DNA of 63,058 bases, the filler included, from Rhabdomonas costata (taxonomy: Eukaryota): NCBI GenBank assembly GCA_019059605.1. It is 42 parts of 42 records of this genome, joined end to end, with 100 filler letters (N's around TTAATTAATTAA, not from the genome) between each part and the next. Parts side by side here need not be neighbours in the genome. Positions count along the whole stretch, not along the records: positions 12,037 to 13,440 come from JAHMHO010016916.1; positions 13,541 to 14,943 come from JAHMHO010016917.1; positions 15,044 to 16,447 come from JAHMHO010016918.1; positions 16,548 to 17,951 come from JAHMHO010016919.1; positions 18,052 to 19,455 come from JAHMHO010016920.1; positions 19,556 to 20,959 come from JAHMHO010016921.1; positions 21,060 to 22,463 come from JAHMHO010016922.1; positions 22,564 to 23,967 come from JAHMHO010016923.1; 34 more parts are not named here. One strand, given 5' to 3'. How positions within the stretch are numbered: position 1 is the stretch's first letter; each line of letters starts with the position of its first letter. This document shows positions 12,498-25,210 of this stretch, piece after piece. A program made the position numbers and the translations under genes. The notes beneath the pieces are model-generated. The model searched no databases, was not told where the DNA came from, and worked only from the letters and a program-made list of their open reading frames with translations.

Positions 12498-13540
12498 GTG
12501 CCTCACCCACGCCTTTCCCACTCGATTGCAACCGCCTGCCCTCATCATTTGCCTTTTGTCAGCGCGAAGGAATGTGGGGCTTTGCAGCAGCTAGGAATCG
12601 CAGGATTGCAGGGGCGCTGAAAGTTCAAATGACGAATGACGTATGGCAGCGAGCAGGAAGATGCATTTCCTTTCGTTTTTCTTTTGGAGCTGCAGCACAT
12701 CGTCGGTTGTGCTGGAAATGTGCGTCAGCATGGATTCATCAGCTTTACGTGTCCGTGCTAAATACTCGTATTCGAACCCTCTGTGGATGTTTTACGGTGT
12801 GAGAGTGTGAGTGAATGAGCGAATGGGTGGGTGAGTGGGTGAGTGGGATTGTGTGTGTGTGTGTTGGTTTGAGGCCGCCGGAAGCGCAAGGTTACGTTCG
12901 TTTCCAGTGGCAAGCCTTTTGCCTGATGTGTGCGCAGTAGGGGATGCCTTCCCTGAAGAAATGGCACTTTGGGGGTGGGGTGCCCGTATGGGGTATTGTA
13001 GGGTATCGTACAGTGATAATATACTGAATATCATTACAGTATAACAGCTATAATATAATATTATAAACACTGTACATACGGGGTTAGGGATGTACGTGTC
13101 CCCTGGGATTCCAATAAAAGCTTCAGAGAGTTAGGAGGTGATGCACACGTTCCCTTTATTTTTTCCGTGATGTCTTGGGCTGCTGAGCGCAGCGGAGCGG
13201 CCGAAGATCCTAGTATTTACGGGAGTAAAGATTTACCTTCATCTTTTGTTCGCTGTGTATAATGCCTACAATGTTTTAATATAGCCATTATGCTATAATA
13301 TCGCTATACTATAATATCACTATACTTTTGTGATATTATAGCTTATAGCACCATTTTGCGGCCCGTACAATACCATTCTAGTATGATGATAGTATAATGG
13401 CTACAATACCCGGGCACCCCCTCCCCACACCCCCAAACACNNNNNNNNNNNNNNNNNNNNNNNNNNNNNNNNNNNNNNNNNNNNTTAATTAATTAANNNN
13501 NNNNNNNNNNNNNNNNNNNNNNNNNNNNNNNNNNNNNNNN

Positions 13541-14653
13541 TGTTTTGGTGATCGGGGGCGCCAGGGATATCACGCACGACATCGTCGTGGGGTCCCCACC
13601 CCACCCGTAGGGGCACGCCCCTGCAGCACCCCGCCGCTCCCGATCATTAAAATGACAAAACATGCAAAACAAGAGAAGGCCAGATGGTGGAGGCACGGAG
13701 AAGGGACGAAGAATGAAGAGGAGAAGGGAAGGCAAAGGGACTTGGTGCTGGGATGGAAGGAAAAAATAGTATATGCACGTGGGTATTAAATAAAGTGAAA
13801 GTTGAGAATCAGAAGAACAGAAATGCAGAAAAAGAACGTCGTTTTTTTTTTGCAAAAAGTCACTGGTTCACTTGAGGACCTATGGCCAACTCACAATCCT
13901 CCACAGCCGCTATTGGGTCGTTTGGCTGGAAGGAGGTCCTTCGTAAACCTTACCGAGGTAGTCAGATACAGTGCTGTGATACTTCAAAATCGGCCCTTCT
14001 CCACATTCGCGACCTGACAAAAACCGCCCTCACTGGAACACTAGGGATAGTGAAGGCCCCTCTGATTCTACTTGCCAGGCACACGGGCAACGGGCAACCT
14101 TTAACCTTCCACTTTATTTTCAACTGGCGGTTGTTTCGCCTCATAGAGGTTTGTTGCGATCCCAAACAGCCTTCTAACATAGATCGTCAATATTCTCCCG
14201 ATACCCCTAGTTACGACATACCCCTACTTACGCAAACGTAGGGGACACCTTAACAGGTAGGTGCGCGCCGCCACTTTGCAGCGGGCAGGAGCGAGCCCCA
14301 CGGATTGCGTCCCAAGGAAGGGGGGGGGGGTATGGGGCATTCTCAATGCCACACATAGACACGCAGCCACGCACCTGCCGTAACCGTGAACTCCCGAGCG
14401 TAGGACAGTCCCCCCTGGTCCTTGGTGGTGACCTCCACCACCAAGGAAGGGGTGGTCTCGTTGGCATACCGCAGCAGCAGCTGCGCCCCAGAGATTGTGA
14501 AGTGATCCGCTGAGGGCCCCCCAGTGAGGGAGTAGGTAAAGGAGTCCCCGGGGTTGTAGTCCAGCGAGGACAGCAACCCCACCACAGTGCCGGGCTGGCC
14601 CGGGGGAAGGTACTTTGTGACGGTCAGCTGGAGCCCGTAGGGTGCACGGTTAA
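13541..14653 (-). CDS. Cadherin-like repeat protein (one cadherin domain exon plus a Cys-containing exon)
   Basis: Exon 14653-14375 (279 nt, phase 1-1): VNRAP...PGTVVGLLSSLDYNPGDSFTYSL...HFTISG...VEVTTKDQGGLS...FTVT. It splices in frame to 13620-13541 (GACPYGWGGDPTTMSC, EGF-like tail). Confidence 0.8.
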
Positions 14654-15529
14654 CTGAAAAGAAGCAAAGGACATCACGGACGTCACAGACAAGGGACAAG
14701 TAGCCACACTGATTTTACTGAAAACCCGCCGGTCATTACAAGGTTGTAATTACAACAGCCAACATCTTTGCTGGCACACCGGCCTGTGGTCAGGTGGATG
14801 GTGTGCCAGCTTCCTCATCAGCCGAAACAAAGACAACAAAAAGAGCTCAAAAATAGTGAAAGGTTCTAATGGAGAATGAGATGAGAAGCGGGCAGCCTCC
14901 TTAGTAGTACTGCCATCCCACGAAAGATGAGCCCCCCAAACAANNNNNNNNNNNNNNNNNNNNNNNNNNNNNNNNNNNNNNNNNNNNTTAATTAATTAAN
15001 NNNNNNNNNNNNNNNNNNNNNNNNNNNNNNNNNNNNNNNNNNNGTTGGGTTTTATTGTTGCCCCCCTCCCTCTCCTGTTCTTACCGAGGAGAGGGAGGGG
15101 GGCAACAATAAGGCCCCAGCCAAAGGAGAGGGACCTCGAGATGTACACCCAGTTTTTCCCTGTGCCGATGGGCCTTGCCTATAGAAAAGGTGAATCGAGA
15201 AAATCTCGAGTTGATAGTTGCCTCAACAAAGTCAAAGAGGTCTTATACGGAGTCTATTTGCAGTTGCGATTGTGAGGCCATCAGGGGAACAGAGGACAAC
15301 TTCCAGGTCAGCAAGAAGTTGTCACCGCGCCATACCCAGCTCAGTGCTCAAAGCACTGTGCGTGGGCGAGTTGGCACCATCATTTCCATTTGAGAAACCG
15401 CAGGGTAGCTAGACCAGTAAACACAAGGTTGGAATTGAGGGACAGCCTCGCCGGCGTTTTCGTTTCGGGCCGTGGCATGGATCAGCAAACTCTTTTCAGA
15501 AAACGGGAATGGTGCTCCCCGCCAAAGAC

Positions 15530-15742
15530 TCAGCGCTCCTGCAACAGCTCCGCCAGGATTCCGCGGGTGGCGAGTTGTGAAAACGTCCCAACTTGCACCA
15601 CCTCACCCTTCTCCATCACCACGACCTGGTCCGCTGTCTTGGCCAGCTCCAAGCGGTGGGTCACGGAAACAAGGGCAAGCCCTTCTTCATGCACAAGTCT
15701 CAGAAGAGGCCGAAATATCAGGCTCTCCGTATCGGGGTCCAG
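15530..15742 (-). CDS. ABC exporter nucleotide-binding domain, last exon
   Basis: After a CAG acceptor: LDPDTESLIFRPLLRLVHEEGLALVSVTHRLELAKTADQVVVMEKGEVVQVGTFSQL...stop, containing the D-loop and H-loop. Not in the ORF track. Confidence 0.9.
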   Translation of the reverse strand: MDPDTESLIFRPLLRLVHEEGLALVSVTHRLELAKTADQVVVMEKGEVVQVGTFSQLATRGILAELLQER

Positions 15743-16828
15743 CTGTGAACAAATGCGGCCCCACTCCTCGACATACAGAAAAAGCAGGGGATCCTATGCA
15801 GGGGAGAATGAACAGGTAAATACCATCACTGGTACTGGAGTAGGGCCGAAACGTTGTGTCGTTCTCTTATTAGGCGACTACTGCGTGTGATCATTCTTTC
15901 GAATTGTCTTTCGCTGACAAAACCATTTCTGTTATCCTCGCCTCGCGCGTGCGTTTGAGTTGGACTTTCCATCACAGAAAAAGTAGTCAGAATGTTCATT
16001 AGGATAGTCATGCACATGCGCATGTAAGTCCTATGGCAACTATCAACGGTGTGAAGCAGCACCTGGCAAAAGTTCCTTCCCATCTCATCAAAAATGGCAC
16101 TTGCGAGTTCTCAAGCGCAGATACAAACCGGGAATCCGGCCCACTTCGGTACCAACATCAAGTATTCCTGGGCTACGGTTTAAGATAAGTAAGATGTACT
16201 CCAACAAAGATTCAAAACATGTTCTTTCTAAAAAAAAATTTCATCTTTCTTCTTTTTCGCAGAGATGGGCACATGCGTTTCCTACAAAACAAAAGCGGAC
16301 AGAGCAAGCGTGTATTATCAGTGTCCTTGTCGTTCAAGGCTTTTCCATCACCCAAGAAAAAGCAGAATAAAAGCAAAGTTTAGTCAGGGTAGCAACCCGA
16401 AAAAAATATTACACTCAGTAATGCCAACCGACAACGGCACCACACAANNNNNNNNNNNNNNNNNNNNNNNNNNNNNNNNNNNNNNNNNNNNTTAATTAAT
16501 TAANNNNNNNNNNNNNNNNNNNNNNNNNNNNNNNNNNNNNNNNNNNNTGTTGTTGGGCAGCTTTTGGTGGACAAGTGGTAAAAGCATTAGTGGAGGTGGA
16601 GAGAAACCCGCGACGCGGTAATAGTGGGCGGCCAGGTGAGAACATTTCCTTCGGGAAGAGGAGAGCTTTGTTGAAATTATATACTGCTCCAATGGAAATG
16701 AATGTCTCACAGTAATAACGTAACACCCTCCAACCGTGTCGGAAAGACAACGAATTCGGAGAACCACCACAACGTCCCAGGGCTTTCTGACAATTCCAAA
16801 GCACTCACCTGATTCTATTGGAGTGTAG

Positions 16829-17951
16829 GTGCAGCGTGGCCAGGGGCATCAGCGCGACTTCAGGGGGGACCTGCTGCAGCTCGTTGAACGACAGATCCAA
16901 AGAGGTGATGTGCTGGAAGGGCTGCTGCACAAGAACCTGCGTCCCGTCCCGGACTCTCCCTTCCCGACCAGACCTGCCCTGTCCGGAAACTCAGAATATG
17001 GTATGTAACAAGGTTCAATTCGACGTCTTTTTCCCTGCACGGGTTAGGTAATCAGCCCGAAAGGTTTTCCGGGAAGTGACCTAAAAATTGGGAAGATATG
17101 GAGTACTGCTACGTGAGTAGTGCGATTCTTTCGGGTAATTCCGTGTTTGCGTTGGTTTTTCAAGAGACGTGTAGCGGCTGCTTGAGGAGAAGGTAATGTA
17201 AAATTCCGTGTTGGAGTACAGTTCAGAGGTAACAGTGTGACGTACTCTAGCAAAAACAGATGGAGGCAGGGGCCTTGGTCAACCCCCTGCCCGTGTTTGT
17301 TTCCAGACCGAACTTACACACTACTTCGGGTCCGCACACACTCCGCCACCACCCAATGAGATCTATTTGTGGCCGGCAGATGGAGGGCTGCATGGATCGG
17401 CATGGCAACGACCTGGCTTGGCAGACGGGCGTATCCTACACACAACAGCTGGCGCGCCGTCTTTTTCCTCGGAAAGGTCGATCGAAAAAAGAAGGCGGTG
17501 GGATGAGGAAAAACTATCCTTCTGTATTGGGAATTGCGCCCCATTTCCCCAAAGTTAAAGGCAGGGTAAATAGGCAGAAGGGGGGGGGAACCTCGTGGTG
17601 TACGTGTTCGGCCCTGGGCATTTTGGACTCATCAGTTGCTCATCTGTGGTCAAAACAGAGTTAGAAGGTGGTAGCGTTCACGATTGCTAATGGTTGCGGT
17701 AACGTTTTGTTGGCAGGTTACGTTTGTGACACCCACTCGCACAAGCGGACCTCGACCACAGGCTCCCACTCCCGCAAGTCCCGCAGGGAGTTATGCGCCA
17801 GCTTCAGCCCCGAGGCGCAGTACCACCCCAGCAGTAGCTCCGGCCGCCGCGCCGTGCCGGACTCCGAGGAGGTCCCCAGGCCCACCCCAAGGCTCCCACT
17901 GGCACTCACGCTAGGCCGACGCGGCGGCCCCCCTCGCCCGTTGATCGGAGG
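16829..17951 (+). CDS. Hypothetical protein, two exons
   Basis: Exon 16829-16999 or 16829-17000 (AAWPGASARLQGDLLQLVERQIQRGDVLEGLLHKNL...) with a GT donor is phase-compatible with an exon from 17717 (YVCDTHSHKRTS...). Confidence 0.5.
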
Positions 17952-18221
17952 NNNNNNNNNNNNNNNNNNNNNNNNNNNNNNNNNNNNNNNNNNNNTTAAT
18001 TAATTAANNNNNNNNNNNNNNNNNNNNNNNNNNNNNNNNNNNNNNNNNNNNGTGTGTTTGGTGGTGGTGGGGGGAGGGAGACCAGTCAACTAGTCATACT
18101 GATCGTCCGAGTACCACTTGTTCGAGAGTCAATGAGAGATCATGCTCATTTTGTTTCCCGGGGAGCAGACATGGTTGACTGAACAAAGCAGGGTGGCAAG
18201 GGAGGGCTGTGGGTGACGTAC

Positions 18222-19168
18222 GCGGGGGTCTTCAGCAAGCCCTGGCGAAAGACCTGCTCCAGCTTGCGCGCGGCCTCCTTTGGGGCCAACGGAGCAGGAT
18301 ATTTCTCTGCACCAGAAAGAACAATAATGAAATAGACGCATCACATCAGCAGGACAAGCCCAGAAGAAGGAAAAGGAACAATGGTTGCCTGAACGACCTG
18401 ATCACTTCACGAATTACAAACGAACGTGAATTTCTGGCGGACTTTGGAATGTAAACACATTTGGAATGTAAAAACGAGCAGAAGGCAAAAAGAGGGGGGC
18501 AGGAGGCAGCGACCGACATAGGGGCCCAGTTGTTCCCACACTATGGGATACAGGGCCTCTGGAGTCCCGCACTGCTTGGCCGCGTTGACTTCCACCACGG
18601 CAAAGGAAGGCACTCCTCTACCTTCCCCGGGGCTTGCAGCCTCTGACTGCCGCTTCAGCTCTGCCAGACAGGCCTTCACGCAGAGCGTCTTTCCACAGCC
18701 CACCAGCCCCGAGATGTCTATTTTTTCGTTTTTCGATCAATCACGAGAGAGAAGGACTGAGGGAGGGAGGGAGGGGTGAGGTCACAAATGCCCCGTGGAG
18801 AAGTGAGCCCCAGTAGCAGGCATACCACTGCAATTCCGGACACTGCAGGAAAGATCAAGAAAACTGCCAACCATAAGGAAGGTGATGAGATAATTGCCAT
18901 CGAGTGCAGGATAAGGCAGAGCGCCATTTTAGGTTCACCAGGCTCGACAACCGTTGTAAAGCTGCTCCGCAGAACAGCTCCAGTAACAAAGAACAATCAA
19001 AGCCAGGGCCCCTGTTTCACCGGCTGAAGTGGGACACTATGGAAAGCGCATACAAAGCACATTGGCTCGACGGTGGATCAGGTCCTGCATGAAGCCCAGA
19101 ATCCGCCCGCGCTCTTTGATTCGCCCCACAGTGTCGGGCTGGAACGACACCTTCAGCCGCTGCCTCAT
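18222..19168 (-). CDS. ORC1/CDC6-family AAA+ replication initiator, three exons
   Basis: Exons 19168-19054, 18717-18514 and 18306-18222 give RLKVSFQPDTVGRIKERGRILGFM...LYISGLVGCGKT...FAVVEVNAAK...PEALYPIVWEQL...AARKLEQVF (Walker A in ORC1/CDC6 context). Confidence 0.88.
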
Positions 19169-20232
19169 CTTTTAAAATGAAAAATGAAATCATTGGAATC
19201 TGGAGACAATGATAGGGTCTTGAAAGTAATCACATGTTTCTACCCACAGTCCGGACCGGGAATAAGTCTACCTCTAGCCTGGGCTACCCGTTGGTACGGT
19301 GTGGACAATGGCTGAATTTTCTCGAAGGGGGAAGTGTTTTGTTTATGGGACATTCGAAGATCGGACTTATTCCATCCAACGTCCAAATGTTGACAAATGT
19401 TGACACGAACGATTCCCAAACTGCTGGGTAGAAACATGTGATTACGTTCAACACCNNNNNNNNNNNNNNNNNNNNNNNNNNNNNNNNNNNNNNNNNNNNT
19501 TAATTAATTAANNNNNNNNNNNNNNNNNNNNNNNNNNNNNNNNNNNNNNNNNNNNCTGTAGAAGTGCGCGTGTGTGCGTGTTTCACATGCATACACGTGC
19601 ACTTCTACAGTTTGCGGGCTGTGTGCAAGGACATAGAGGCTGCTTCTGGTTTCTGCTCATGGCATTCCGGATCAACGTCCTGCATGGATTAGCAGAAGGG
19701 AGAGGGGATAGAATAATAGAATAATGCGCGGTGGTTCAGTGGCCCCCAGCTGGAAGCCTTTGCAGAACCTTCGTACACGTGCAAAAAAATTAGCGACGTT
19801 AAATGGTCCCTCGGAAAAGACGTCTCCTGCCTTTCGCTGTCCGCTGTGAGTGGCCCCTGAGAGGGGAAGGGACCACGTTCTGCTTTTTGCAGGAAATCGC
19901 ACGTATACCACTTTTGGCACTCTTTTTCTCATAATAAAGGGAGAAAAACTCTGCACCCATTCTGTGTGGAAGCAACCGGGCGGGTTCTTTGGCAGAATAA
20001 CAGAACCCCCATGCAGGATCCCCGAGCAACCAAATCAAGGATGCGCACGCGCGATACGATTCAATTCTTGCACAGGGCAATGGTGAGCTCCCTCTCAGCA
20101 TCCTGGAGCCCGGGCTTGCTCCGATGTTGCTGTCCAAGGTGCCCACCTACCGTTACTGTCTCCTGAAGGACTCTGTGGTGCTATCTCTCGGTCCCTTCTC
20201 GTCATCACACACAAAAAGAACGGGGAACCAAA

Positions 20233-20371
20233 CCTCCATTGCGGTGAAGATCTCCTTAGCTGGTTGAACTCCATCTGTAGCGCAGCCTTGTCCTCCAGCA
20301 CAGCCACCGGGGTAATCTTCAGCACCCACGGCACGTGCCGAAGGACCACCCGAGAAAGCGCCCGCGAGCAC
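20233..20371 (-). CDS. Hypothetical protein, internal exon
   Basis: CAG acceptor, CSRALSRVVLRHVPWVLKITPVAVLEDKAALQMEFNQLRRSSPQW, GT donor. Confidence 0.45.
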
Positions 20372-21729
20372 CTGCGAGACGAAGCCACTTTCAGGCGGAG
20401 GACGGGAGACTTGGATTCCGTTAGGCCACTGGGACTAACCCGAGTGCGCGTGAGCTTCATTGCTGCTGTGATGTGGTGGATGCTTTTGCGGCAGAAGTCC
20501 CCGCGTGCGTGTGAAAACAAGAAAACAACCTCGAACTCCGGAAACAGAGAAGCACACACAGGTATCACCCACGCGCTTCCCTGAGTTCCTGTAAAACCAA
20601 AAACCTGAGGGACTTCGCCAAAAGGCGAAACGAGGCGTGAAATCGTCACGGTGTCATGCATTCTTCCTCCATTTCAGGGGTGTGGGGGAAACGACTAAAC
20701 AGTTTCAAAATACCTGTCCCCCAATGCCCCCCCCCTCCAATTTGAATAAACTGTCGGGGGTCAGCAAGACCATCCCGCCTTCATATATTAACTAGCAGCC
20801 ATCACATCACTTCCCAAAACTTAGCTTTCCAAAATGAAGGCACGGCACACAGCCAGATAGTGATGAATTCCCTATCTGCAGCAACAATCTCAGGTAGAGT
20901 CAGGGGTGGCATTAGCGCCCTGGCCAGGGGTTCAGACACCCCGACCCCCCTGGCCTCCCNNNNNNNNNNNNNNNNNNNNNNNNNNNNNNNNNNNNNNNNN
21001 NNNTTAATTAATTAANNNNNNNNNNNNNNNNNNNNNNNNNNNNNNNNNNNNNNNNNNNNGTTTTTTTTTCGGGACAAGCTATAAAGATGCTATAAAGATG
21101 TGCAGGTGACGTAAGCTGGAGTTGTTCGGTTCTTTTGACGTGGGGCGAGCCATCATACAAAAAAATTGCTGTCATTACCTGGGATGAGAATAAGTTTAAC
21201 CAGCCCCTGCTACATACAGGTTTATACAGCTTTCTCAACCTCAAGGCGGAGTGGAGTGCCTTTCCACCACAACGTCAGGTATTGCTCCACTTATGCGGGG
21301 GTGGTGTTAAGGTGGGGGAAAGACAGCGAAGCGGAGAGAGCAGCGGAAACAGAAGCCAAGCGGGAACCTGAAGAAGCTCGAGTAGCTCAGGGGGCAGGGG
21401 ACCAGGAACAGAGGTCAGCGTGATAGGTGCGGGAAGGAGCACCCGCCGGACAGGCCTGGTTGAGAAGGACAGGGTTTAAGTGTCAAAGTGTCAAAAACCA
21501 CAAACGGCCAAAAAACATCGAAAATCATTCCGTCACACTTCGGTGCGGGTCCAGGTCGGCATTGTACCACAAACAAGCACAAAAAAAGGGGGGGGGAATC
21601 ACCGCGGTGTGCTCTGGAAAGCACATTGCTGTTGTGAAACAATCTGCAGGGCTTCCGTCACTGTGAGGGCACAAAATCAGAGGATGCAAGTGGGTGGAGG
21701 AGAGGGAGTGACATAGAAACCTAGGCACG

Positions 21730-21978
21730 CCCCGCGCCTTCACCAAAGGAGTGGACGGGAGATAGTCTGCCTCGTCCACCGCGTCGCCGGGCTGCGGGGG
21801 TTCTGCCTTGTCTGCGGGTGATTCGTACCACGGCGTCACCGTGCCTCCTGTTCGGGCCAGCGTGGTCTCGTCGATTCCCACGTCCTCCTCAGGAAGCCAT
21901 CGGAAGGACATCTCCGAAGGGGGCCCAACGGAAGTGGCAGGCGGCCATGTTGACTTCTTGGGCTTTTTCCGAGCACGG
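21730..21978 (-). CDS. Hypothetical protein exon (approximate boundaries)
   Basis: GC-rich open frame RARKKPKKSTWPP...FRWLPEEDVGIDETTLARTGGTVTPWYESP after a pyrimidine tract and CAG. Confidence 0.45.
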
Positions 21979-24106
21979 TCTGGAACGGAGGGAGGGAGAG
22001 ATATCCCGAAATACCCCCATATAGGAATTCCATCCGAACCCACCCAAGCATACAGGCATACTGGCACCAGAGACAGACAAAGGAAAGTTCAAGTTGTAGA
22101 ATCTCAAACCCAAACCCAAAGAAAGCTCCACAAGAAACCAATTGGGCGGTTGAACGTGACTAAAACCACCGTGCCCCTTACGGGTTTTTTGTGGGTCTAC
22201 CACAGAGGTGGTCTCCATAGGGGACGCAGTTTCATGGCTTTGAAAACGAGAAAAGTGGTCGTCCTGCACGTTCCGAGAAGTTACGAAAACGGAAAATGAC
22301 TTGAAGAGCTGGAAGAAAAAGGCTGAGAAAAGCGAAAAAGAGGTAAGGAGGAGAAAGGAAACGCACGCGCGTCCCATCTCCACACCACACACTCCACACA
22401 TGCACACATGCGAGCCCAGCCAACGTCCCCCATCCCCCCCACCACCCCAACCACACCCACCACNNNNNNNNNNNNNNNNNNNNNNNNNNNNNNNNNNNNN
22501 NNNNNNNTTAATTAATTAANNNNNNNNNNNNNNNNNNNNNNNNNNNNNNNNNNNNNNNNNNNNGGTGACAGTAAGAGTCATGGTTGAAACTTGCGTAACC
22601 CAAACAACTGTTGCACTTGGTAAAAATAGGTTTCGTAGGCCACAGGAATTCTATAAACAGAAGCCCCAGATGCCCATCACGTGCTGAAGCTGAGACTCAG
22701 CCCCATTACCACATTATATATTCCACAATAGCGACGACAAATTCCAACAAGGCACAAAGCAGAAACGCACAAACGCAGAAGCACGACCAAGATTTCGCCA
22801 ATTGTTGGCGTGTGCAGGGCTTTGTGAGACAACGGATCAGGCTAACTTGAAGGCGGAAGCGAGTCTCCGCGGTGGCTGGCGGCTGGGACGAATCATCCCA
22901 GTGGGTTGATTGAGGCGTTGGGCCATAAGGCGCTGTGGAGGTGAAGGTCTTTGTCTAGTTTTTCCCTGGTGGGATCAAACACACGGGATACCGTACGCTT
23001 TCTTCTCTTTCCAACAGAATATGACCGCGGAAACGCGGTGCTGGTGTATGAAAGCTTTCACTTAAAGGCTCTGGATGTTGATCTTGAATGCTGTAAATTT
23101 ACCTTTTAACAACACCCTTTCCAACAACTGGTGCATCCATCCGTTTTTCCGCTTTGTACCAGAACGAACCGTTTTCCTGGGCAGAGACAGAAATACGGGA
23201 TTCCTACGTGGGGCGTTTTTCTTGTTTTGCGCCTGAGTGATGGGTGACACCCTCAGTCGACCCATCACAGAGAAATTTTCTGAAAAGCTTGAGGATGAAC
23301 GTTTGCGGGTATTTTTTGCACACCCAATTGACGCATAGCATGAAAAACGGAGACACTGTAGATGTCAGCATTGCTGCAATAGCTGGTTTATCTTCGTTAG
23401 TTTTGGATACATTTCAAGTTTATATCTTTCAGGAAAAACTCGTTCGCCCCCATCAGTCGTGGATAAATGACACCGCCAGGCTTAGCCTCACGCCTGGCTG
23501 AAGTCCTTTGCGAAGTGTTGGGTCTTCCCTTTACCCCTCCGGCTTGGGTAAAGTTGTCCCCTCCTTGGATGAACTTTGCCCTGCTGCAGAGAGATTTGAT
23601 AAAGTCATGGGGCTGTTCGGGACGAGTGTCAAGGTTCGGGACCGGCACCCGAGTTTACCAAGGAGCTGGCACAGCTGAGACAGAACGGGTATAAGTGGAC
23701 TGAAGCGGCAGCCAAGGTGGAGGTTTCCGGGCTGTTAAATTTAAACCTGGTGAAAGTTAGTGAGAACGATACAGAGAGAGGCTCGTAAATGCCAGAAAGA
23801 CAAGTGGAGTGCCAAAACGCGCTGCTCATGTAGCTGGGTTGGCGGAAGTGCCAAGGGCATTCCGTGACCGCGTGTCAGTCCAGCTGGTGGTAGATACACT
23901 CACGGAGCCTACCGCTCGAACTCTCCACTGAAGGACCAGACGGAGTTGGTCCAAGCCCCCCAAAACCNNNNNNNNNNNNNNNNNNNNNNNNNNNNNNNNN
24001 NNNNNNNNNNNTTAATTAATTAANNNNNNNNNNNNNNNNNNNNNNNNNNNNNNNNNNNNNNNNNNNNGGGGGTGGGGCGGGTGGTGGTGGTGGGCGTGTG
24101 GGCAAC

Positions 24107-25210
24107 CCGCCCGGGCAGCATCCTCTGCGGAGTCGTTCACGGTCAAGTTGAATGCATGGACCCGGTGGAGGGTGGGGTGATGTTCCTCCTGCAGCTGGAT
24201 CAGCTCACACACATGGTCAAACACCCTATTCGAGAAGCATGGAATAAAGATTGGCGCACTCTGAAGTTCATTGCTCTGACTTAACGGGAAACGGACATGA
24301 ACACTTCCCTTGCGATGTGATTACGAAGAAGAAGAAGAAAAACAATGACAGCGGAAGCCACCACGCCACCCCGGAGCAGCAGACCTTTCCTCAAAGCAGA
24401 AGATGACACTGGAGGCGTGCCTCAGCCAAAGGTCCTCGAACCTCTCCGGGGCAGGCTTCGTGTCCCGATTGGCACGAAGAAGAGCAAGCAAACCTGACAA
24501 CGATGCACCAAAAACCGTAATTGAGACTAAATGTCAAAGTCACGGATGTCACGGATGTGGGCATTCACCACACACGGTGGCTTCATTTTTCATCCACAAT
24601 TCGGCCCACGGCTGAGTTGATGAAAAATGACCGCACACGTCCTCCCTCAAGCATTTACACAACATTGCTGGCGCCAAATGATTCCTTCATTCTTCAGCAT
24701 CGCCCTCCACTGACTTGCTGATGGTTCCTTTCGAAGTGGGAAGCAGGCAACCTCACCTATCAAAACTGTCTGCGTGTCCAGAAATTTTGGGGTGTCTACG
24801 TGTCCGATTTCAAGGCACGGCCTCCCACCACGTCCCGACTGCAAAACACACTTTCCATTGCTGCGGCTTCGGCCCTTTTGTTCCTTTTTATTGCCTTGGG
24901 CGTGCGCGTGAGAAGCGAAAGAGCAACCACCGCGGAAGAAAAGGTCGGCAGCACCTTTCCGGGAGTAGAGCTCCTCATCTTTCCGCCGAAGGTCCTCCTC
25001 AATCTGCTCATAAGTTGTCCCAAAGAAGAAGATGTTGGGGCGGTCTGCCGAAGGCCCAGGCAGCTTTACGCTTTGCCCGACCCCGCTGGAGATAACGCTT
25101 ACTGGGACTTCGAACTCCGACACACGCGCGGACAACCTTCGGTGAGTGGCCATGCTGCGGTTGATGTTGGACTGGCAAACCATGTGCACAGTTACGGGCG
25201 GCGCAGCCAT
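24107..25210 (-). CDS. SSU72: Ssu72 RNA polymerase II CTD phosphatase, exons 1-3
   Basis: Exons 25210-24955, 24493-24385 and 24225-24107 join in frame: VCQSNINRSM (CX5R), VKLPGPSADRPN, LYSRKGLL..NRDTKPAPERF, FCFEERVFD, VHAFNLTVND. Confidence 0.95.

Noticed and set aside
13003-13410. TATAAT-rich tracts as bacterial -10 promoters
   Set aside because: Low-complexity degenerate repeats in eukaryotic non-coding DNA with no downstream gene.
22564-23967. Possible decayed retroelement or viral ORFs
   Set aside because: Short broken frames with no motif I can assign.
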